A stretch of DNA of 64,000 nucleotides from Lama guanicoe (Eukaryota), in the NCBI GenBank assembly GCA_013239625.1, contig MU053472.1, positions 2,063,236 to 2,127,235 on the forward strand, read 5' to 3'. Position numbers and translations under genes: made by a program. Below are positions 24,506-59,175 of the stretch, one piece after another. The notes under the pieces were generated by a model, which was given only the letters and a program-made list of their open reading frames with translations, made no database searches and was not told the origin of the DNA. The stretch's first letter is position 1. The number at the start of each line of letters is the position of its first letter.

Positions 24506-26827
24506 AAAGACTCTGGCACGGAAGTTCTGGATTGCTACCCCTGACTATTCAGAACCCAGGTCTGATTATTTATTCCTAGTCTCTGTAGTTCCTCAAATTA
24601 CAGTTATAGGAGGGATCAACCTGTGCTATTCGTGAATCACGGCCCCTGCCCTCAGCCCTGAGGGGGGTCAGCCTACCTCACCCAGGTCCAGGATCAGGCC
24701 AGCCCAGTCCTCAGTTCTGTCTAACTGGAAGCTTCCTTCTTCTCTTTGTGGGAGAAGGCTGGGGAGGCCAGGGTGAGAGGCCAGGTGAGCAGACCTGCGC
24801 CTGTGGTAAAAGGGAAGCACCTATGGCAGCAGCTGCCCCCTGCTACCCGCCCTTCTTGTCCAGTCCTCTGATTTACAGAATCAGCTCAAGCTTTCGTCCC
24901 CACCCCAACTGTCCTGAGTCTGACAATCCCAATGGGATGTGGGCCAGGGAATCTGGAACCAAGTTTTGGGGCCACTGGGTAATAATAAGGCCACAGGGGA
25001 ACAGGTAAATTCCCTGCTGCCTCACCCATCCTTTTTCTTTTGGGGACTTAATGAGGATCCCAGGCTTTAGATCATGGCACGCATAGCACACAGAGAATAC
25101 CATGGCTGGGGAGGGAGTGTGGAGGGGTTTTGTTTCCTGGATTTGAATGAGAAGGTATGTGCACACACACAAGAACACCTACAGACACTAAGATATGTAT
25201 CTTTCCTTATGGAATACCCAAGGACTCACTCAGCACTGACTTGGGACCTTCACATATGTCTCAGGAGTATATCTGACTGTCAAACTAACAATGATGTAAA
25301 GAAATTGGGTTTATGTTTTCTCACATTACAAGAGCAGGTTTACTTGCTCAGTGATGCCATCGGGAACCCAGGCTCTTTCTTTCTGTTCTGATATCATTTG
25401 CATGTTGGCCTTCATCCTTCTTGCCTCAAGGTCTCTAGAGTGAGAACTCCGAGGATCTCATCCACAGGGGAAAAGAAGACTCTGTCTTCTTCTTTATCAA
25501 GAAAGCAGAATATTCTCCACATCCTCTCTCCCCTCTCGTCTTTAGCTTGGATCTCATTGGTCAACACTGGATCACATGACCATTCCGAGTACAAGGGAGG
25601 CCAGCAGCGCAGGGGCAGGATTTCCACAGTTGGCACAGAACAGTGGTTCTCAACCTTGGCTCCATTCTCAGAGATTCTGACTCAGTTGGTCTGGGGTGGG
25701 GCTTGACATTGGTATTTATTAAATGTTCCAAAACCCGAGGATTAAAAAAAAACTATAATTGCTTTTCACTACAGTATGATGTCAACTCAAGTAATCATCT
25801 TCAACCAAACCTACCCCTGGCTCTGGACAAGCCACCTTACGCTACTGACTAGGGTTCCCCAGTTTATCCCGTAGCCCCTGCTCCCTTTCGGGTTGATTAC
25901 ATTGGTGATTAATTAGTAAGTTTGTAGGTCATTTGTTAGTGAATGTGCAGTTAGTAACTGGTTAGTTAATTAGTTAGCTAACTAATAGAATGGCAAGTTG
26001 GCCTTTCCTCTTGTTTAGGTGTCTGGCACATAGTAAGTACCTGATAATTTTTTTTTTTGGATGAATGAATCCATAAATGGAGTTAATGCAGCATCAAATG
26101 AGATAGAAGCTATGAAATCAGCTTGTAAATAATAAGACACTGTACAGATATAAGAATAAACATTTACATGAGAAACTACTTTAAAAATTAAGATCAGGAT
26201 AAAGTCCCACCTGACTCTCTCCTTCACCAAGGAAATATTATTTCCACATTTCTGAAATGGAGAACGACCAATTTTTGCCCTGTTGCTGGTAAGCCAGATT
26301 TTTCTCTCAATTATAGCAACTGTATCAACACTTAGTGATGGCGCATATTCTTTCTCCTTTTCCCTTGATCATACTTTGTCTTTCTACTTGTATTTTTATT
26401 AGACTATTTTGGTTATAAACCACCTCAAGCCTTTTCAGGAAAGAGGTGGGGTAAAATAAGATTTAAAAATACTTGGGAACTAGCCTTTATTATCTTTCTA
26501 GGCATTTACATGCACTGACCTAGCCAAACTTCACAAACAGCTGGTAGGCTGGTGTGATTATCCTCATTTTATGTAGGTGTTAAGGGACTTGCTCAAGGTC
26601 ACACAGCTGCTAAATGGTGAGCCAGGACTCAGAGCCAGCTTTGCAAACCAAGGCCAGTCTGACACCAAACCTGAGGCCTTTCCCCTAAAGCAACTCAAGT
26701 TGGTGTAATAGATAGTTGGTTACTTCACTTAGTTGAAGAGCGTTTCTGTACTTTGAACGTCTCAAACCAGTCTTGGGGGAAAAAATTAGTCTCATTCTTT
26801 TCTCCACAGACCATTTATCAGCAATTA

Positions 26828-26992
26828 CTATACTCCATCAATTGTAAGCTATTCTAATATTTTATGTACCACTAAGAAGAAAAAAAACCACTGCTAATTA
26901 AACTATAACATACCATTGATTTTAAGATGCATCCTAGTTTCAGAGATGCCAAAATGTGAAAAATGTGTATCTTAAAATCAATGAAATAATGT
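26828..26992 (-). mobile_element. MER104-like TcMar-Tc2 MITE
   Basis: attgattttaagatgcatcctagtttcagagatgccaaaatgtgaaaaatgtgtatcttaaaatcaatgaaata. Confidence 0.55.
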
Positions 26993-28445
26993 ATTCCGTG
27001 CTGGTAATGGAGACTTTGTGTACATAACCTCCCTTTTTCTCTCACTCGATTGCTGGCTAGTTTACCCTTTCCTTTTCATCACCAAAACCTTGCCCGTCCC
27101 TTCAATGTCTCATTTCTCCACATCAACATCAACTAGTCGATGTTGATTTAGATTATCTCCCATGAGTCTCCAGAAAGCCTTATAGGAAGTTTCCACTCTA
27201 GGTTCTTTAAAGAGCTACATTAGATGGTCTCATTATGAACTTCCTCCAATGACCATCAGCAAACTCTTTCCAGAGTCTGGCCTAACGCTAGTCTTCTCCC
27301 ATGGTACCTGGTGATTCACTGCTCTCCCTGTCCACCATTCCACAAAGTAGTTGGTCGGTTAATCTGCACACTATTTACTGGCAAGGGGTTTCCCTACAGG
27401 CTGTTGGAGAGGGCATGGGAGGGGGCCTGGGTGCAGAAGCTGAGACATGTCATCCAGTTCTCCCTAACACAGGAAACATGACTCCCCAGGCGTCTCTTGA
27501 AACACCAGGGCCTTCCCTTTCTCCACTCCAGGAGGAGGCAGGATTGGGGGAGGATTAAGCTTCTCCACCCCTCTTACACCTTACTTTCCCTTCCTGGGTT
27601 GGGACTCCGTGAGACAAGTCATGAAGGGAAGATGGGGTAGCAGGATCTGGTACTGCTGGAGGAGATGGGGGTTCTTGAGCAGTGGGTGTATTGTGGAGCA
27701 GGGTTACAGACTCCTGACAGCAGCTGCTGGCTTTGCTGAGTTCGTGTTCTGCTTCCCCCTTTGTGTGCAAGGGGGTGGGAAAGGAATTGATGCTGGCTTT
27801 CCATTTCCTAGCATTACAAAAGGGACAGAGCCATCCAGGGAAGGATTTTCCCTGTCCCGTTCCCGTCAATCTGATTTTAAGGTCAGAATCTGGAAAGGAA
27901 CAGAGGCTGATCAGAGAGGCTGGAACTCCAGTGGAGGGAAGGATGGAGCCAATGCTGTGATCTGAGGAGCTAATCTGGGAATCCTATTGACAGAGGACTC
28001 TGGGGCCTTTGCAGACGGGTGGGCAGGCCTGTCCTTGTCCCAGAGTTCTGGGCATGTTACAGGCTGTGAGGCTTGGACATGGGCTGAGATCCACATGGGT
28101 CTGTCCGCCTGTGCAGCTGCGGGGTCTTGTGGAGAGGTACACACCGACATAGAGAAATAGAAGGAAGTGAGACAGAGAGAGTCGAAAGTCAGAGGTCGGG
28201 CAGGGAAGTCTAGGCGGTTGAGGGGGACTCACTTTCTGAGGCACAGAGGCCGCTGGCTCGGTGCGAAGCCGTCTGGGCTTCCTAGACTGGAGCAGGCATT
28301 GGGCTTCCTCTTCAGCCCTCCGGGATCTCGGGGAGCTGCTGGCAGAGTCCTGGCCCTCGGCCGCAGTTTCCCCAAGAGGCTCTGCCAAGCCCTGGCACCT
28401 TGGAGCCTGGGCCTGGGCCCGAATTCAGGCTGGCGCCGCACCTCC

Positions 28446-28484
28446 CCGCCGCCGCCGCCGCCGCCGCCGCTGCCGCCGCCGCCG
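28446..28484 (+). repeat. (CCG)8 CTG (CCG)4 trinucleotide repeat
   Basis: Read directly from the sequence. Confidence 0.95.
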
Positions 28485-29229
28485 CTCCCGGCCCGGCCGC
28501 CGGGCCTCCTCCCCGCCCGAGCGCAGGGCCTGCCCTCTCCCGTGACCCCGCGGCCGCCTCCAGCGCCCGCTGCCCGCCGCGCCCCGGACCGGCGCGGGCC
28601 GGTGAGCAGCGGGGCCGCTCGCAGACAAGGCCGGGCCCGGCCGTCGCGACTGGGCCCGGGGCCCGACAGCAGGAGCAAGCGCGGGCCGGCGCGCGGAGGT
28701 GTGAGAATGTGTGGCGGGCATGGTCGGGAGCCGCCCTGCGGGGCGGCGGGGCGCGTGTGCGCCTGCGGCCGCCGAGCTGGCTCTCGCATAAACCGCGGGC
28801 ACCGGCGGGGAGCGGGCTCCGACCGGGCAGTGTGCGCGCGGGCGGGCCCCGCGGCCTGCGTCTCGGCGGAGGACGGCCGTCCGGATGTGGCCCGGGCCCC
28901 GCCGGCGCCCCAGGGTGCGGGTCACGCCGCCGCTCCCGGCCGTCCGTCCTGGTTGTCGAGCCTCGGACGGGAGCCGCGCGGCCCGGCCAGGACGCTCGCC
29001 CTCGCTTCCCGCCCCTCTAATCTAAACCATGCGGGGCTCCCACCCCAGGCCGGCCGGCGGGGCCCGAGGGCCGCGCGGAGGGCACCGGGCCGCGCGCTGG
29101 GGGAGCGGGCAGCGGGCTCCGGGCTGGGGTTCCGGGGCCGCGCAGTCAGGGGACCCTCGCGCCCCCCTCCCCGGGGGGCGGCGGGCGCGGACTGATTGAC
29201 AGCGGCGACGTCAGCGCGGGGAGGGGGGG

Positions 29230-29463
29230 CGGCCCCGGAGGGAGGGAGGGAAGAGGAGGAGGGAGCTGAGGCCCCAAAGTGCGGCCTCGGAGATCAAGGG
29301 CCCGCTCCAGGACCGGGATGTGTCCGTCCCCGAGGGCGCGGCGGGCAGCGGGACCCTGACCCAGCGGCCCGAGTCGGAGTCCCGGCTGCCCCGTGCTCCT
29401 CGGACCCGAGCCTGCAGCGGACCTCGGGCCGCAGGCGCCAACGCATGCGGCAGCGCAGTTAGG
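29230..29463 (+). other. TBX4: Putative non-coding first exon (5' UTR) of TBX4; the 5' boundary is uncertain
   Basis: Lies in a CpG island and ends in a strong donor AGG|GTGAGT (GT at 29464). Coding exon 1 has an acceptor only 3 nt before its ATG, which implies an upstream exon. Confidence 0.55.
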
Positions 29464-30039
29464 GTGAGTGTGGGTCCCGGAGGGAGTGAGGGTGAGCCGG
29501 ACGTGCGGGACAGGGGTCATTCCGAAACCAGGGTTTGGCCGCAGGGTCGAGGAGGATGCGCTGGGAAGGGAGCGAGTAACGGGACCAGGGTAAGAACCTC
29601 GGGGATGATCAAGGCGGCAAGAGGGCGGCGCGAAGTGTTTTTGATCGGGCTGCTGCCGCGGCCCGACTCCCAGCGGTCAGGGCAGGAGCCCTCCTCTCCT
29701 CCGAGTAACCGGACGAATTGGGTCGAAGGACCCAAGAACGTAGAACGACAGCGCCAGCGCCAAAGGCACAAAATTAGGCCGTGACAAGTGGAGCTGTGGC
29801 CTTGAAATTAGTGTTTGCAGAATAAGAAAGGCCAAGGAAGAGGGCCTGGGTACTTGGCGAATATCGATGTAGATATGTGTGTGATCAGAGCACTGGACTT
29901 CAGAGCCTTTGATGCAACAGGTTCGTCCAAATTAAAGCAAGGAGCATTGTATATAAGTAGTGATCTGTGGTCAAGAATTATCAAAATGTGAGCAGTTACC
30001 AAAGAAGCAGGGCTCAGCGGCGTAAGTATCACAGCACTC

Positions 30040-31190
30040 GGACTTTAAAACAACAATAAAAGAATAGTCACTCTCAGAACCAAGTGAAAATCGTAATTAC
30101 GAATTTGAGAGGACCATGGACGAAGTGATGGAACAATGTGATAAAAACCATTATATTAAAATCAATATTAATAGAATAAGAAATAGTAATGTAAAAAATG
30201 ATAAAACTGTAGGAAAATATGAACAATGGAAAATACTATTAAGGGAGATACTAAAGTTAGTAGTATTGACAGAATACTATCATGTAATTTATTATTGATA
30301 CTATAGTGAATTATTAAAATAAATATTAGCCAAAATCTTAAAAGCAATAGTGACATAAATAAAAACAGCGACAAGAATTGCTGGAATAATATGACAATTT
30401 ATGACCAAGGTTTTAATAATCCCAACAACATTATAAATAATGGTAGAGTAATAAGAAGTATTGTACCAATGTGATGAAACATAATCAGAGTATTAAGAGC
30501 TACAGCAATATTACAAATTATGACAAAGTAACAAGAAGTAATGATGTGATGAAAAATAACTAGCGAATTAAGATCTGTAACATTACAAATAATGACAAAG
30601 TAACAAGATATTGTAACGATGTGATGAAGAATACCTGGAGTATTATGAACAATCCTAACAAAACAAATAATAGTAAAATAACAAGAAGTATTATAAGCAT
30701 GTGGAGAAAATTAATGTGGATATTAAGAACAATAATATTACAAGTTACGGTAAATAAATTATTCAAACTGTGACAAAGTACAGAGACTGAGAAGACAGCC
30801 ACGGAAACATTTTAGGGGTATAGAGTAAAAATAAAAGCAATGATAGATTAACATGACCTATCGGAAGACTGTGTTTAATAACTGCCTAGGTATTGGTAAT
30901 AGTATTAGTAACGTGCCGGGAGGCCCTAGAATGACGAAGCAGTGACAGGAAAGCAGCAGCAATGTATTTGATAATGATGAATTAACAGATCAACCAGTAC
31001 TTTAACCATGCAGTAGTAAAAATAAAAAGTACTTATGTGATAGAATATTCTTAATGTTACTGAACTGACCAGAATATCTCTGATAATGGAGATAATTAAA
31101 ATATTTAAAATAGTACAAAATATTCACGATTACTCCAGTGCAAGAAAAATACCACCAGTAACCTAGAAATGAGAAGAACAACGCTATTCT
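30040..31190. repeat. AT-rich, A-skewed low-complexity block with degenerate tandem repeats of about 70-80 bp
   Basis: attacaaattatgacaaagtaacaaga (30510) recurs at 30582; related acaagaagtatt..atgtg units near 30451 and 30681. Confidence 0.75.
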
Positions 31191-31790
31191 TAGAAAACGA
31201 GGCAGCTGAAAACGACGGACCCGGGCGCAAAGGGCGCGGAGCCGACCGGCTGTGCCCGAGGACCGCTCCAGGAGAAGGTCGAACGCGGGCCGCGGCCCCC
31301 CGGCGGGTGTGGGACCGGCCGTGCCGGCGTCCCAGCGCGCCTGGGCTCTGGGTCCGAGGGCACCGGACCGCGGGGATGGCCGTGCTGGGCAGGAAGAAAA
31401 GGAAATTAGCGGGGAGCTCCAGAGAAGGCGAATTGTCGCGATGTCAGGATGTGGCTGCGTGGCCGAGAGAAAAGGAAGAGGCTAACCTCGAGTCGGGGAA
31501 GGAGAGCATCGCGCAACCCTCGACCCGCGTGAGAGCAGCGGTACTGGTATCAGTGCACACGGGCCGCGGGCGTGCTTTGCACCGGGCAGGACTGAAAGCG
31601 CGCGGAGCAAGTCGCACGGGGCCGCGACACCGCTCCCAGTGTGACAAGTGCCCCACAGAGGACCTAATGGCCAAGATAGCATTGCGCCAGGCGGCCCCTC
31701 CTGGACCCGCGGACTGCTGCACCTAGGACCAGCGGATCTAACCGCAGATATAGTCGGAACCAGTGCCTTGGGCCGGAACGTGCTACAAAC
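31190..31790. promoter_or_regulatory. CpG island in the TBX4 5' intron
   Basis: Dense CpG, starting abruptly after an AT-rich block. Confidence 0.65.
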
Positions 31791-33324
31791 TTCATCCCGG
31801 AGAGTCCCCTTGTCTGGAGGCTTCTGGGTTTCCGGGGCTCGGCCTGGGAACTCTCATGTGGCCCAAGGCGGGTGCTGAGTTGGCCATGCCCGGTGAGCCT
31901 TACTGCTTGGTGCTTGTGGCTGGAGGACTGACTGGGCTGTCAGCCTTATCTTTATGGGCTTTTCCCAGCCCCAACTGGCCCCGGCCCCTTTTTATCTCCT
32001 CAGTTGCACTTGGCTTGTTTACTTTGTGAGGCCCTGGGAGCCGACGTCTAGTCCAGAATGGGGAGTCAGTGGGTGTGGGGCCTGGGCCTTGGAATGCCCA
32101 GGGAGATCCAGGGGAGGACAGAAAGAAGGTAGGAGGAGAAAGGGGGGACATTCAGCCACAAGAGAGGTAGTCACATATTTGGAAAGCCTCACCAGAGCTT
32201 GCCCAGATCCAGATGAAAGGAGAGGAGCTAGGAGATGGAAAAGGGAAGCAGAGATGATGCAGGGTTGCATCCACGATGGAGGCAGGACAGGCAGGTCCTT
32301 GCAGCCTGGGCTCTTATCCTCATATCCCAGGACTAGCTGCCAGAAGGGAGCAGGCATATGAGCAGGCGCCTGAATAGTCCTAGACGCCTGGGGAAGGGTT
32401 ATTGTGCCCTGGGGCAGGACTAGGCTGTGCCTGTGAACTGAACCCACCCAACTGGCCTGCTCCCTAGCTGGGAAGAGTCTGGGTCCTTCCTTTGCCCCAA
32501 AGCAGAGTCCTTTGGAGCTAAACTTTGTGCCAGCGTGCATGTGAGAGCAAGGCTGGGGAGGCTTCTGGCTGAGTTCAGGGCCTGAATCAGAGCGGCCCTA
32601 GGAGAGCATGGCTGTTTGGGTGACTAGCAGTCTGAGAGGGTGCTGTGTCTGAGTGTGAGGATGTGTGTGCCTGTGTGAGTGCCAAACAGGTGTCTGTGGG
32701 AATGGATGTATACAGGAGGGAAACTCTGGTTCAGGAAGCCTCTACCTGACTGCTGTCTGAAGTTATGGGTGAGGGTAGCCAAGTGAACAGGGCTTGAACG
32801 GCTGCTCAGCCATAGGCCCTCCCTGCAGGTGTGATGCCCTGGGAGCCTGGACCCTGCCCTCCTGGCTTGGCTTTCTTCTCCTGCCTGCCCAAGAATTGTC
32901 CTGGTTGCTCTGGGCCGAGAGTGAGCCACGACCGCAATCATTAGGGATCAGATGAAAAAGACCCAGACTTCAGGCTCCACTGGAGTCCAGCAGGAGGGAG
33001 GGACTAGGGGTGCAGCTGGGGCAATGCCATTGCAGAGAGGGCGGTCCTTCTCCCAGATCTACTCATCACACACCCCACACCCAGGGGCAGGCGGACCTTG
33101 AACCGCACACAAACCCTCCCCAGGTCCAGAACCCAGAGGGAGGAGGCGAGGGTCCTGCCCTCGTGTATTCTCCCTCCTCCAGCTCAGGAGGGGGCGGGGT
33201 CCACGTGGGCCAGGTCGGCCTCCCAGCCGGGCCGGAAGACTCCCGGCTTGGCTCCAGAGGGCTGCGAGGTCTCAGGCGAGTGTGGACCTGGGCATGTGAC
33301 TCGTGTGTGCTGTGTCCGCAGGAG

Positions 33325-57866
<24,542 letters not shown>

Positions 57867-59175
57867 CTCCCAGGTCCCCTCCACAGCCCCAGGACCGTGT
57901 TAACCCGGTATTAACCTCCGAGGGTGGCCTGCACCACCATGAAACACAGGAAGGTATTTCACAGGGCGGGGAGTGTGCATGCGTGCGCGTATTTGGAGAG
58001 AATCTATCTTCTGACATACGATCGAGGCCGTGGCAAAGGAAAAAACACGCTTGTCTAAGAAGTGGTTTTGGCTGCAGGACCTGGATCCATTGTTATGTGA
58101 CATCTCTTGACATGCCCATGGGTGGGATGGGAGTGGAGAGTTCATGTGAGTTCCTTAGAGGTTTTTATAATATAATCTTTGACTTACTCAGGGGCCAGGT
58201 GGCGAGGTCTCTCCTGCAGGGAAGTAGGGGAGGATTCTGGTTGCTGGGGTGGGAGGGCTCTCTGCATATCTTAGAGTCCTGGCCTTCTATCTGCAAGGGA
58301 TGCTGAGAACCTTGTTTTGGCAGCAGGAGGCCCACTCCTTTGGCTTCCGGGGATTCTGTGAGACAACCTGAGAGGTGGGCTCAGCTAAGCCCCAAAGCGC
58401 GCTCTGGGAGGAGCGCTGTCTGCTCAGTTAGTGGCCTGGAAATCCATCCCCGGAGCACTGAGGTCTGAGGGAAGACTTTTAGAGAGAGCCACGGGCTAAG
58501 TGCCACCTGATGGATATTAAAACATTGTTTTTTCCATCAGGAGGGCGAAAACGCAATGAATAGCATCTCTGGCATCATTCAGGTTTTCTTATAAAGTCCA
58601 AAGCCCCTCCCCCTCAGTCCCCAATGTACAATCTCTCACACTCCCTGGTGCACAAGACTCAGCTTCCAGGCACCATCTGCATCCCACCACCGGCCACTAG
58701 GAAACACACTTTACCTGGCAATGTCCCCAGGAGCCCGCATTGGAGCTGCTGTCCGGCATCTCCAGAGGCTGTTCTGCTCCCAGAAAACCCTCATCTCTGG
58801 AGCAAGAAGGCCCAAAGGAAATAAAAACAAGAATTGAGAAAACATTCATTTTTTTTCCAGTAAATTCAGCCTGTGAGCTCAGAGGAGCAAGGATAATTGT
58901 TCTCCAGGGAGGTGGATCTTGGAGTCCTCAGCCCATCTCTTTAGCATTGAATGTCCCCAGACCATCCATGTGGCTGGTGTGAACTCTGTAATCAAATTTG
59001 GGAAATCACTAAACTCTTTGCATGCTGAATAGCTATTTATATATTATATAAATAAATAAATGAAATAAATAAAATATATAAATATATATATCTCACAAAT
59101 GCAGGCCACATGTCAAAATCAGCTTTGCTTTTTACAAATGAATAAACCTAATAAAACGAATGTTGGAGAGGGTAT
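57867..59175 (+). other. TBX4: TBX4 3' UTR; the end is approximate
   Basis: Follows the stop codon and ends in an AU-rich block with clustered AATAAA. Confidence 0.7.
59051..59155 (+). terminator. Polyadenylation signal cluster (AATAAA at 59051, overlapping repeats to about 59073, then 59141 and 59150)
   Basis: Multiple AATAAA hexamers about 1.2-1.3 kb downstream of the TBX4 stop. Confidence 0.65.

Larger units (their letters stand above)
28230..29790. promoter_or_regulatory. CpG island / TBX4 upstream promoter
   Basis: Very high GC and CpG density, GC boxes, a CCG repeat, TGATTGACAG at 29193. Confidence 0.8.

Noticed and set aside
28167..29195. 342-aa ORF and several overlapping 150-200-aa ORFs in the CpG island
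   Set aside because: Low-complexity R/G/P/A translations are open in several frames on both strands, as expected from stop-codon scarcity in very GC-rich DNA. No recognisable domain.
30116..30802. Hydrophobic 'membrane-like' minus-strand ORFs and an Asn/Lys-rich plus-strand ORF; possible foreign or NUMT origin
   Set aside because: Explained by the A-skewed composition. No mitochondrial or viral similarity is recognisable.
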